Shown: positions 9,754 through 18,468 of the stretch, in pieces
Position numbering within the stretch: the first letter of the stretch is position 1
How the letters are laid out: every line of letters begins with the position of its first letter
DNA from: Amylibacter sp.
GTDB lineage: Bacteria > Pseudomonadota > Alphaproteobacteria > Rhodobacterales > Rhodobacteraceae
Length of the DNA: 50,214 bases
Assembly (NCBI GenBank): GCA_041573315.1
Contig: JBFFQS010000001.1
Coordinates: forward strand, 1 to 50,214
Direction of reading: 5' to 3'
The notes under the pieces: model-generated
What the model was told of the DNA's origin: nothing
Databases searched by the model: none
What the model saw: only the letters and a program-made list of their open reading frames with translations
Program-made: the position numbers and the translations under genes

Positions 9754-10515
9754 TTACAGCAATCCCAGAGACCTGAAACTCGCATCCTCGGCCTTGCCGA
9801 TGATGATGTGGTCATGAACGGAAACGCCCACGGCCTCTAGCGCCTGCTCGACTTTGGCCGTCATCTGAATATCGGCCTGCGACGGCGCGGGATCGCCGGA
9901 CGGATGGTTGTGCACCAGTATGACGGCGGAGGCGTTCAGTTCCAGCGCCCGCTTCGCTACTTCGCGCGGATAGACCGGGACGTGGTCGACCGTACCGCGT
10001 TGCTGCTCCTCGTCGGCGATCAGAGTGTTCTTGCGGTCGAGGAACAGGATGCGGAACTGTTCGATATCGCGGTGCGCCATCGCGGTCTTGCAATAATCCA
10101 TCAACGCGGCCCAGGACGAGATAATGTTGCGATTGATGACCTTGGCGCGCCCCAGACGCTGGGCTGCGGCCTCGATAATCTTGAGTTCCTGCACCACCGC
10201 CTGGCCAACACCGCTGACCTCTCTGAGCCGCGGCTGCGGGGCCGAGATCACATGGTTGAAATCGCCGAACACCGCCAGCAGGCGCTTGGCCAGCGGTTTC
10301 ACATCCTGCCGTGGAATGGCGCGAAACAGCACCAGTTCCAGCAATTCGTAGTCCGGCATGGCATTGGCGCCGCCCTGAAGGAACCGCTCGCGCAGGCGTT
10401 TGCGGTGATCTTTGCGAAAATCCTCTTTCGCCGCCACGGCCGGCCTCGTCGCCTGCTGGAAAAATCCGGGCAGCGGCATTTCGTTGAACGCGTTCTGGTG
10501 TTTGTCTTTGGACAT
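9754..10515 (-). CDS. radC: RadC family JAB-domain protein
   Basis: HRKRLRERF, YELLEL, HhH motif, GTVDHVPVYPREV, VHNHPSGDPAPSQAD, DHIIIG. Confidence 0.95.
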   Translation of the reverse strand: MSKDKHQNAFNEMPLPGFFQQATRPAVAAKEDFRKDHRKRLRERFLQGGANAMPDYELLELVLFRAIPRQDVKPLAKRLLAVFGDFNHVISAPQPRLREVSGVGQAVVQELKIIEAAAQRLGRAKVINRNIISSWAALMDYCKTAMAHRDIEQFRILFLDRKNTLIADEEQQRGTVDHVPVYPREVAKRALELNASAVILVHNHPSGDPAPSQADIQMTAKVEQALEAVGVSVHDHIIIGKAEDASFRSLGLL

Positions 10516-10537
10516 GTCCGCACTGTCGCGGAACTTG

Positions 10538-10553
10538 GTTAACAGATCGCTAA
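10538..10553 (-). promoter_or_regulatory. Putative CtrA binding site upstream of radC
   Basis: Minus strand reads TTAG-cgatctg-TTAAC, one mismatch to TTAA-N7-TTAAC, 22 bp upstream of the radC ATG. Confidence 0.6.
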
Positions 10554-10566
10554 ATCGATCCGCCGA

Positions 10567-11391
10567 TTACACCCATGTCGGGTGAAACTTGCCAGCCGGA
10601 GACAGGGTAAAAATCTCGCATCCCTCCGCTGTAACGCCGATGGAGTGTTCGAACTGCGCCGACAGGGACCTGTCCTTGGTTACAGCGGTCCAGTCGTCGG
10701 ACAGCGTCTTGGTTTCCGGCCTGCCGAGGTTGATCATCGGCTCGATGGTAAAGAACATCCCTTCTTCCAGGGCCGGGCCGGTTCCGGGGCGTCCGTAATG
10801 CAGCACATTGGGCGGGGCATGGAACACGCGGCCAAGCCCGTGTCCGCAAAAATCCCGCACCACCGAGCAGCGCTGCGACTCCGCATAGGTCTGGATCGCG
10901 TGGCCGATATCGCCGAACGTGTTGCCCGGCCTGACCGCGTCGATGCCCATCATCAGTGAGTCATAGGTGATCTGGATCAGCCGCTCCGCCTTGCGCGACA
11001 ATTTGCCCGCGACATACATGCGCGAGGTATCGCCGAACCAGCCATCGAGGATACAGGTCACATCGATGTTCAGAATGTCGCCGTCGCGCAGCTTCTTGTC
11101 CGACGGGATGCCGTGGCAGACCACGTGATTGATCGAGATGCAGGACGATTTCGGATAGCCCTTGTAGCCCAGCGTCGCGGGCACCGCATTGTTGGCAACC
11201 ATGTAGTCGTGGCACAGCTGGTCGAGATAGTCCGTCGTGACGCCCGGCTCCACGAAATCCGCAACCATGTCCAGCACCTCGGCGGCCAGACGGCCGGCCT
11301 TGCGCATGCCCTCGAATTCCTCGGGGCTGTGGATGGTGATGCCATCCTGGTTCAGTCGGGGTTGCGTGATACCTTTCACTGGGTACTCCAT
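10567..11391 (-). CDS. map: Type I methionine aminopeptidase
   Basis: CISINHVVCHGIP, DGDILNIDVT, GDTSRM, GHGLG..FH, FTIEPMIN, SAQFEHSI. Confidence 0.97.
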   Translation of the reverse strand: MEYPVKGITQPRLNQDGITIHSPEEFEGMRKAGRLAAEVLDMVADFVEPGVTTDYLDQLCHDYMVANNAVPATLGYKGYPKSSCISINHVVCHGIPSDKKLRDGDILNIDVTCILDGWFGDTSRMYVAGKLSRKAERLIQITYDSLMMGIDAVRPGNTFGDIGHAIQTYAESQRCSVVRDFCGHGLGRVFHAPPNVLHYGRPGTGPALEEGMFFTIEPMINLGRPETKTLSDDWTAVTKDRSLSAQFEHSIGVTAEGCEIFTLSPAGKFHPTWV

Positions 11392-11416
11392 TTCATTTTC
11401 CGCCGGGCGGCCTTAA

Positions 11417-12133
11417 TCAGACACTGTCGCCGGCATCAATTTCCATCGGCGTGCCAAGCGTGACCGATTCCGTCGACAAGGCCGCTTCATAGCAGAGCGT
11501 CTCGACCCCTGCCAGTTTCGCGGCGCGATAAGCTTCAGCATAATCCGGGTCGATATCCTCTGCCAGCGAAAAGCGGCTGCAATCGCTGCGCTGGACCAGA
11601 TAGAACATCACGGCGCGATAGCCGTCAGCGGCCATCCGGGCAAGGTCATGCAGGTGCTTGGTGCCGCGCTTGGTGACGCTGTCGGGGAACTCTGCCAGTC
11701 CCGGCTGGCGCGACAGCGTGACGTTCTTGACCTCGACATAGGCGTCCGGCTTTCCCGAAGCCGACAGCAGGAAATCAATCCGGCTGGCATTGCCATAGCG
11801 GACCTCGGACCGGACCAGCGGATAGTTCGACAGCTCGGGTATCTCGCCCCTGTCCAATGCCTCTCCCACGATCCGGTTCGGCAGGGCGGTGTCGATACCG
11901 GCCATGTGGCCGCCGTCCAGTTCGACCAGCTTCCAGCTGTAGTTCAGTTTCCGGCTCGGGTTGTCGTTCGGTTCCAGCCAGATGCGCGTCCCCGGCTTCT
12001 GCAAGCCCATCATGGAACCCGGATTGGCGCAATGCACCGTGACCTCTCGCCCATCTTCGAGCGTGACGTCGGCGAGGAAACGTTTATATCTACGAATAAG
12101 ACGCGCAGGGATCAGAGTTTGTTCGAAGTTCAT
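11417..12133 (-). CDS. sfsA: SfsA family DNA/RNA nuclease
   Basis: RRYKRFLADV, HCANPGSM, SRIDFLL, YVEVKNV, FPDSVTKRGTKHL. Start moved to ATG 12133. Confidence 0.93.
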   Translation of the reverse strand: MNFEQTLIPARLIRRYKRFLADVTLEDGREVTVHCANPGSMMGLQKPGTRIWLEPNDNPSRKLNYSWKLVELDGGHMAGIDTALPNRIVGEALDRGEIPELSNYPLVRSEVRYGNASRIDFLLSASGKPDAYVEVKNVTLSRQPGLAEFPDSVTKRGTKHLHDLARMAADGYRAVMFYLVQRSDCSRFSLAEDIDPDYAEAYRAAKLAGVETLCYEAALSTESVTLGTPMEIDAGDSV

Positions 12134-12168
12134 GCCGTGAAATCTAGTAGTTCGAGTGCAAAAGGACA

Positions 12169-12912
12169 ATGACAATGGCGCAAGCTACAGCCAATCCGAC
12201 GGCCGCAATGCTGGCGATCGGCGACGAAATCCTGTCGGGACGCACCCGCGATTCCAATATTCATCATCTGGCGCAGCAATTGACCGCCGTCGGTATCGAC
12301 CTGAAAGAGGTGCGGATCGTCGCCGACGACCCCGAAGCGATTGTCGGCTCCGTCAACGGTCTGCGCGCGAAATACACCTATGTCTTCACCAGTGGCGGCA
12401 TCGGGCCGACACATGACGATATCACCGCCGAAAACGTCGCCCGCGCCTTCGGCGTACCGATCGATATCCGGGCAGACGCCCGCGCCGTGCTGTCCAACCA
12501 CTATCCGAACGGCGAGGCGGACCTCAATCCGGCGCGGCTGCGCATGGCCCGCGTCCCCGAGGGCGCGATCCTGATCGAAAATCCTGTGTCGGGCGCGCCC
12601 GGCTTTTCCATCGGCAACGTCCACGTAATGGCGGGTGTTCCGAAAGTCTTCGAGGCGATGGTCGCCGGATTGCTGCCACGACTGGAAACCGGACTGGCGA
12701 TCACATCGGCATCGGTGCGGGTAGAGCGGCCTGAAAGCGTTGTTGCTCCGGCGCTTGGAGAATTGGCAAGGGAATACCCGGACCTGTCCATCGGATCCTA
12801 TCCCTATTACGGCAGCGGCGGCTATGGCACGAATCTGGTCGTGCGCGGCACCGACCCGGCGCGGGTGGCAGAGGCGGAAGCCGCCCTGATCCGCGCCTTC
12901 CGGGACGTATGA
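12169..12912 (+). CDS. CinA N-terminal (molybdopterin-binding, MocF-like) domain protein, without a PncC domain
   Basis: IGDEILSGRTRDSN, TSGGIGPTHDDIT, NPVSGAPGF, MAGVP. Confidence 0.88.
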   Translation: MTMAQATANPTAAMLAIGDEILSGRTRDSNIHHLAQQLTAVGIDLKEVRIVADDPEAIVGSVNGLRAKYTYVFTSGGIGPTHDDITAENVARAFGVPIDIRADARAVLSNHYPNGEADLNPARLRMARVPEGAILIENPVSGAPGFSIGNVHVMAGVPKVFEAMVAGLLPRLETGLAITSASVRVERPESVVAPALGELAREYPDLSIGSYPYYGSGGYGTNLVVRGTDPARVAEAEAALIRAFRDV

Positions 12913-13640
12913 CAGGCTGGCAAAAGCCCGATATCGACCGGCTGTTCGCGTCCGTGGACGCGACATGGCCGCCGCACCGTGTCCGGCAGCGGGACGGGTG
13001 GACCTTTCGCGAAGGGAGCGGCGGCGGCAAGCGGGTCTCGGCAACGACGCTGGCGGGAACCGCGCAGGACGCCGATATTGCCTTCGCGGCACGGGTAATG
13101 GCGGATTTGGGTCAACCCGACCTGTTCATGATCCGGCCTCAGGATGCGGCACTGGATCAACGGCTTGCCGGCGCCGGATACGAGGTCATCGATCCGGTGA
13201 CCGTTCTGATCGCCCCGCTGTCTGAAATGACATCGGAGCGCCCCGCGCGGACACCCTTGTTCGCAACCGGGCCGACCAAAGATATGGCGCAGGTCTGGCA
13301 TGCCGGCGGCATCGGGCAGGCGCGGCTGGACATAATGCGCCGCTGCGCCCTGCCGAAAACCTGCGTGGCCCTGTCGGAAAAGGGCCAGATGGCCGCCGTC
13401 GCCTTTGCCGCCTGCCACGACGGTGTGGTGATGTGCCATGCTGTCGAGGTTCTGGAACGCTTTCGCCGCAGGGGACTTGGCCGGGACATCATGCTGGCGA
13501 TTCTGGGCTGGGCGCGGAACCAGAAAGCCCACAGCCTCAGCGTCCTGACGACACGGGAAAACACTGCGGCGCTTTCGCTTTACGGCGGCATGGGAATGAC
13601 AGGGGCGTGCGGCTATCACTACCGCATCCAGCAGGCTTGA
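12909..13640 (+). CDS. GNAT family N-acetyltransferase
   Basis: Acetyl-CoA motif RRRGLGR, N..ALSLY..MG, N-terminal GGGKRVSA. 4 bp overlap with the upstream stop. Confidence 0.85.
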   Translation: MTGWQKPDIDRLFASVDATWPPHRVRQRDGWTFREGSGGGKRVSATTLAGTAQDADIAFAARVMADLGQPDLFMIRPQDAALDQRLAGAGYEVIDPVTVLIAPLSEMTSERPARTPLFATGPTKDMAQVWHAGGIGQARLDIMRRCALPKTCVALSEKGQMAAVAFAACHDGVVMCHAVEVLERFRRRGLGRDIMLAILGWARNQKAHSLSVLTTRENTAALSLYGGMGMTGACGYHYRIQQA

Positions 13641-13642
13641 AC

Positions 13643-14548
13643 CTACCAGACCTCGTTGCCCTTGGTTCGGAAATACTCCACCAGATAGTCGATGAAGACA
13701 CGCAGCTTGGGCTGGATGAACTGGCCGGGCTGATAGACGATCTGCACGTTGCGTTCATCCACCGGAAGGTCCGGCAGAACCTTGACCAGTCGGCCCTCGG
13801 CCACCGATCTGTAATACAGAAAACTCGGCAGGTAGGCGATGCCGAGGCCCGCCTCGGCGGACCGCAGCAGCGACAGCCCGTCATTGACCGTCAGACGGCC
13901 GCCAACGCGGATCTGGCGGGTCTCTCCACTCGGGGATTTGATACGCCAAAACGTGTCCGAGGGTTCGGTGGAATAATGCAGCAAGTTGTGCTGCGTCAGG
14001 TCGTCGATCCGCCCCGGCGCGCCGTGTTCGGCCAGATAGGCGGGCGAGGCCACCATCGCCATCCGCATCGTCGTCAGCTTGCGTGCGCGCAGCGAGCTGT
14101 CGGACAGGTTGCCGATGCGCAGCGCCGCGTCGAACCGGTCCGACAGCAGGTCGACGGGGCGGTTGTCGAGCACCATATGGACATGCAGGTCGGGATATTT
14201 CTTGAGGAAACCGGACAGCGCACCGGGCAGGTGCTGCGCCCCGAAATCGATGGCAGCGGACAGGCGCAGCGTACCGGTCGGTTCGGATTGCAGCGAGGTC
14301 ACCATAGCATCGGCCGCCGCGGCCTCGTCCAGCACCTGTGTCGCGCGGTCGTAATAGGCAAGGCCAATCTCCGTCGGGCTGACCCGGCGCGTGGTGCGGT
14401 CCAGCAAGCGCGCGCCCAACCGGGCCTCCAGCGAGGCAACGTGTTTCGAGATCGCCGACTTGGAAACCCCCAGCTTGCGCGCCGCCTCGGTGAAGCCGCC
14501 ATTGTCGACGACGCTGGCGAAGGCTTCCATTTCGGTCAGACGGTCCAT
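13643..14548 (-). CDS. LysR-type transcriptional regulator (CrgA-like)
   Basis: HTH GGFTEAARKLGVSKSAISKHVASLEARLGARLLDRTTRRV; C-terminal PKLRVFIDYL. Confidence 0.95.
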   Translation of the reverse strand: MDRLTEMEAFASVVDNGGFTEAARKLGVSKSAISKHVASLEARLGARLLDRTTRRVSPTEIGLAYYDRATQVLDEAAAADAMVTSLQSEPTGTLRLSAAIDFGAQHLPGALSGFLKKYPDLHVHMVLDNRPVDLLSDRFDAALRIGNLSDSSLRARKLTTMRMAMVASPAYLAEHGAPGRIDDLTQHNLLHYSTEPSDTFWRIKSPSGETRQIRVGGRLTVNDGLSLLRSAEAGLGIAYLPSFLYYRSVAEGRLVKVLPDLPVDERNVQIVYQPGQFIQPKLRVFIDYLVEYFRTKGNEVW

Positions 14549-14571
14549 GTGTGTCCCAATTCAGTTCTGGC

Positions 14572-15912
14572 CTAGCGTTCCGGCAGCAGGCCGCGCGGGC
14601 TGAAGCGCAGAACCAGCAGCAGGATAACACCCATGGTCATCAGCCGCATATGCGCCGCAGAATCCACCAGATGCGCCTTCAGGCTGCTGTCGTCCGGCAT
14701 CGTCGCGGTCAGCGTCTCCATCAGCCACAGGCCGATGGGTTCGGCCTCGATCCAGAAGAACCAGATGACGAAACCGCCCAGCACCGCGCCCCAGTTGTTG
14801 CCCGACCCCCCGACGATCACCATGACCCAGATCAGGAAGGTAAATCGCAGCGGTTGGTAAGAGGATGGCGTAAGCTGCCCGTCCAGCGTGGTCAGCATGG
14901 CACCCGCGACGCCGACGACGATCGAGCCGAGCACAAAGACCTGCAAATGCCGCGCGGTAACGTTCTTGCCCATCGCATTGGCGGCAACCTCGTTGTCGCG
15001 GATCGCCCGCATCATCCGGCCCCAGGGCGAATGCAATGCGCGCTCCGACAGCCAGAGAACCGCCAGCAGAACCACGGTGAACAGCAGGACGTAGCATAGC
15101 TTGACGAAAATACTGGAAAACGTTACCGGGTCCTGCCCCAGCGAGCGGCACAGGCTCAGGAACCATTCCGCCTGTTGAAGGTCGATCTCGTAGGGCACCG
15201 GGCGCGGCAGGCCGTTGACGTTCTTGACGCCGCGCGCCAGCCAATCCTCTTGCTTCATCACAGCGACGATAATCTCGGATATCCCCAGCGTCGCGATTGC
15301 AAGATAGTCAGAGCGCAGGCCCAGCGATATCTTGCCCACTACCCAGGCGGCCAGTCCGGCAAACAATCCGCCGACCGGCCACGCCAGCAGTACCGGCAGG
15401 CCAAGCCCGCCAAGATACCCGGTGCGGGCCGGCTCTACGGCTTCAACCGCAGCGGTCGAGATCCCGAAATAGTGGCGGGTCACGAAGAACCCGCCGACAC
15501 AGACGACCAACATGAGAAAGCTGCGCAGCCGCCCCTTGGGCATTTTCGAATAGACGAAAATCGCTCCGCAAATGGTTATCGCACCCATCGCCAGCGACGC
15601 CAGCACGCCGGGACCGCCCGCCGCCCAGGCCTCTGGCACCGGCGGCATCGCCACTAAAACCGCCGCCAGTCCGCCGAGAGCGGCAAAGCCCATTACCCCG
15701 ACGTTGAACAAGCCCGCATAGCCCCACTGGATATTCACGCCCAGCGCCATTATCGCCGAGATCAGGCACAGGCTGAGGATCGACAGCGCGACGTTCCAGC
15801 TCTGAAACTGGCCGACGAGTATGATTAGCGCCGCCATGATGGCGAAATAGAGCAGCCCCCGGTTCTTTGGTGTTTCCGCGGCGCGGGTGGTGGATGTCTG
15901 GTTGCCGCTCAT
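14572..15912 (-). CDS. Branched-chain amino acid-type ABC transporter permease (LivM-like)
   Basis: ALGVNIQWGYAGLFNVG, LRSDYLAIATLG, GRMMRAIRDNE, VIVGGSGN. Confidence 0.92.
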   Translation of the reverse strand: MSGNQTSTTRAAETPKNRGLLYFAIMAALIILVGQFQSWNVALSILSLCLISAIMALGVNIQWGYAGLFNVGVMGFAALGGLAAVLVAMPPVPEAWAAGGPGVLASLAMGAITICGAIFVYSKMPKGRLRSFLMLVVCVGGFFVTRHYFGISTAAVEAVEPARTGYLGGLGLPVLLAWPVGGLFAGLAAWVVGKISLGLRSDYLAIATLGISEIIVAVMKQEDWLARGVKNVNGLPRPVPYEIDLQQAEWFLSLCRSLGQDPVTFSSIFVKLCYVLLFTVVLLAVLWLSERALHSPWGRMMRAIRDNEVAANAMGKNVTARHLQVFVLGSIVVGVAGAMLTTLDGQLTPSSYQPLRFTFLIWVMVIVGGSGNNWGAVLGGFVIWFFWIEAEPIGLWLMETLTATMPDDSSLKAHLVDSAAHMRLMTMGVILLLVLRFSPRGLLPER

Positions 15913-16922
15913 ACCGATTTCCCCGCGAACAATCCTGTCGGACGCAACAGAAGAACCAGCACCAGAATGATGAAGCTGACCGCGAACTTGTAATCCGTTG
16001 ACAGCAGTTGCATCAGGCTATCGGGCGCCCACCAGTCGGCGGGCACCAGATAGGCCAGGAATTTCTTGTAGGCATAGGTCACCATGACCTCGGAAAAGGC
16101 GATCACGAAACCGCCTGCGATAGCGCCAAGCGGGCTGCCTAGTCCGCCGACGATCGCCGAGGCGAATATCGGCAGGAGCAGCTGGAAATAAGTGAACGGC
16201 TTGAAGCTCTTGTCGAGGCCGTAGAGCGTTCCGGCGATGGTCGCCAGCGCGGCGGCGAGTATCCACGTCACCGCCACCACCTTATCCGGGTTGATGCCGG
16301 ACAGCAGCGCCAGATCCTCGTTGTCGGAATAGGCGCGCATGGATTTGCCCGTGCGGGTGCGGTTCAGGAACCAGAACAGCGCGGCCACGACAACCACGGC
16401 GGTGATCACGGTCAGGCCCTGACTCGCCTTGATCGCCAGCCCCTCATCCAGTCCGGTGGCACGCTTGAAATCGCCCGCCTTGATGATGAAACGCGCTCCG
16501 TCAGCGAACTGCTGGTCCTCGGTTCCGATCACAAAGCGCACGATGCCGTTCAGGATGAACATCACGCCGACCGAGGCGATGACATAGATCACCGGCACTG
16601 TCTTCTGCTGCCGGTAGAACCGGTAAACCAGCCGGTCCGTGCCCAGCACAAAGGCCGCGCAGACCGCGATTCCGAATGGCAGGGCAAGCAGAGCCGTGGG
16701 AAGCGGGCCTAGGTGCAGCCCCATCGACTGGAACCACCAGGTGAACAGGATCACGAACATGGTCCCGAAAGCCATTGTGTCGCCATGCGCGAAATTCGAG
16801 AACCGCAGGATGCCGTAGACAAGCGTTACACCCAGCGCGCCCAGCGCAAGCTGGCTGCCATAGGCGATTGCCGGTACCAGGACGAAATTGGCGAGCAGGA
16901 CGAATGCGTTCAGAAACTCCAT
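15909..16922 (-). CDS. Branched-chain amino acid-type ABC transporter permease (LivH-like)
   Basis: ALGVTLVYGILRFSNFAHGD, TRTGKSMRA, IVGGLGS, LRPTGLF. Start moved to MEFLN. Confidence 0.92.
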   Translation of the reverse strand: MEFLNAFVLLANFVLVPAIAYGSQLALGALGVTLVYGILRFSNFAHGDTMAFGTMFVILFTWWFQSMGLHLGPLPTALLALPFGIAVCAAFVLGTDRLVYRFYRQQKTVPVIYVIASVGVMFILNGIVRFVIGTEDQQFADGARFIIKAGDFKRATGLDEGLAIKASQGLTVITAVVVVAALFWFLNRTRTGKSMRAYSDNEDLALLSGINPDKVVAVTWILAAALATIAGTLYGLDKSFKPFTYFQLLLPIFASAIVGGLGSPLGAIAGGFVIAFSEVMVTYAYKKFLAYLVPADWWAPDSLMQLLSTDYKFAVSFIILVLVLLLRPTGLFAGKSV

Positions 16923-16926
16923 GATC

Positions 16927-17631
16927 TCAACCCCCCAGAAAGCTGCGGCGAACGTCGGGATTGGCCAGCAAAGCCTCGCCCGTGTCGGTGTAGCGGTTGG
17001 CGCCCTGCACCAGAACATACCCCTTGTCGGCGATGTTCAGCGCCTGCCGGGCGTTCTGCTCCACCATCAGGATGGTGATGCCGGTGCGCGCGACCTCGAT
17101 AATGCGGTCGAACAACTCGTCCATGACGATCGGTGATACGCCTGCCGTTGGTTCATCCAGCATCAGCAGCTTGGGCTTGGTCATAAGAGCGCGGCCCACG
17201 GCCACCTGCTGGCGCTGGCCGCCGGACAGTTCGCCCGCGTTCTGGCGGCGCTTGTCGCGCAGGATCGGAAACAGGTCATAGACCTGCTCCATCGTCACCG
17301 AGATGTCGTCACGGCGCAGAAACGCGCCCATTTCCAGGTTTTCCTCGACCGACATCGACGGGAACACGTTGCTGGTCTGCGGCACGAAGGCCATGCCGCG
17401 GGCCACGCGGTCCTGCGGCGACAGGTGCGTGATATCCTCGCCGTCCAGTACCACGCTGCCTTTGCGCAACGTCAGCATTCCGAACACCGCTTTCATCGCG
17501 GTGGATTTGCCGGCGCCGTTCGGACCGACGATTACCGCGATCTCGCCCAGATCGGCCGCGATGGTGCAGTCATGCAGGATGTCCACGCTGCCATAGCCGC
17601 CCGTCATGTGGTTCGCGGTCAGGAAACTCAT
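16927..17631 (-). CDS. ABC transporter ATP-binding protein (LivF-like)
   Basis: Walker A GPNGAGKST, signature LSGGQ, LMLDEP, VEQN. Start moved to MSFLT. Confidence 0.93.
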   Translation of the reverse strand: MSFLTANHMTGGYGSVDILHDCTIAADLGEIAVIVGPNGAGKSTAMKAVFGMLTLRKGSVVLDGEDITHLSPQDRVARGMAFVPQTSNVFPSMSVEENLEMGAFLRRDDISVTMEQVYDLFPILRDKRRQNAGELSGGQRQQVAVGRALMTKPKLLMLDEPTAGVSPIVMDELFDRIIEVARTGITILMVEQNARQALNIADKGYVLVQGANRYTDTGEALLANPDVRRSFLGG

Positions 17632-18407
17632 GCGGTGGCTTCCTTGTTCTTGAGGCCGGTGCCCAGATAAGCCTCGATCACATGCTCGTTCGCCTTGATC
17701 TCGTCGATCGTGCCTTCGGCCAGCACCGTCCCTTCGGCCATGCATATCACCGGATCGCACAGGCGGCCGATGAAATCCATGTCGTGTTCAATGACACAGA
17801 ACGTGTATCCGCGCTCTTTGTTCAGCCGGATGATCGCGTCGCCGATGGTATTCAGAAGCGTGCGGTTCACGCCCGCGCCAACTTCGTCAAGAAACACCAC
17901 CTTGGCGTCCACCATCATGGTGCGGCCAAGTTCCAGCAGCTTTTTCTGGCCGCCGGACAGGTTTCCGGCCAGCTCGTCCGCAACATGGGAAATTTCCAGG
18001 AACTCGATCACCTCGTCAGCCTTGCGGCGCAACTCCTGCTCTTCCTCGCGGACCTGCGCAACCTTGAACCAGGCGCCCCAGATTTGTTCGCCGCTCTGGT
18101 TCGGCGGCACCATCATCAGGTTATCCCTGACGGTCATGGAGGAAAATTCATGCGCGATCTGAAAGGTGCGCAACAACCCCTTGTGGAACAACTCATGCGG
18201 CGGCAGGCCGGTGATATCCTCGCCGTCCAGCCAGACCCTGCCGTGGGTCGGCTGATAGACACCAGCAATGACGTTGAACAAAGTGGTCTTGCCGGCCCCG
18301 TTCGGACCAATCAGGCCGGTGATCGAACCCTTGGCGATTTCCAGCGACGCGTTGTTGACGGCATAGAAGCCACCGAACCGCTTGGAGAGGTTTTCAACTT
18401 TTATCAT
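17628..18407 (-). CDS. ABC transporter ATP-binding protein (LivG-like)
   Basis: GPNGAGKTT, RTFQ, LSGGQ, FLDE, IEHDM, VIEAYLG. Confidence 0.93.
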   Translation of the reverse strand: MIKVENLSKRFGGFYAVNNASLEIAKGSITGLIGPNGAGKTTLFNVIAGVYQPTHGRVWLDGEDITGLPPHELFHKGLLRTFQIAHEFSSMTVRDNLMMVPPNQSGEQIWGAWFKVAQVREEEQELRRKADEVIEFLEISHVADELAGNLSGGQKKLLELGRTMMVDAKVVFLDEVGAGVNRTLLNTIGDAIIRLNKERGYTFCVIEHDMDFIGRLCDPVICMAEGTVLAEGTIDEIKANEHVIEAYLGTGLKNKEATA

Positions 18408-18418
18408 ATCGCCCCGCG

Positions 18419-18451
18419 AAAAAAGACAGCCCGCTTATACGGGCTGCCTTT
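18419..18451 (-). terminator. Intercistronic stem-loop / leaky intrinsic terminator after the binding-protein gene
   Basis: Minus strand AAAGGCAGCCCG-TATAAG-CGGGCTGTCTTT followed by more T residues. Confidence 0.75.
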
Positions 18452-18468
18452 GATTTTGCAATCGCGGA

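Noticed and set aside
9754-10515. radC as a marker of a mobile or anti-defence island
   Set aside because: It is the full-length chromosomal form with N-terminal and HhH regions, next to map, and no mobility genes are nearby.
12136-12162. CIRCE-like half site GAGTGCAAA
   Set aside because: There is no matching left arm. I also saw no CIRCE upstream of hrcA, grpE or hslV.
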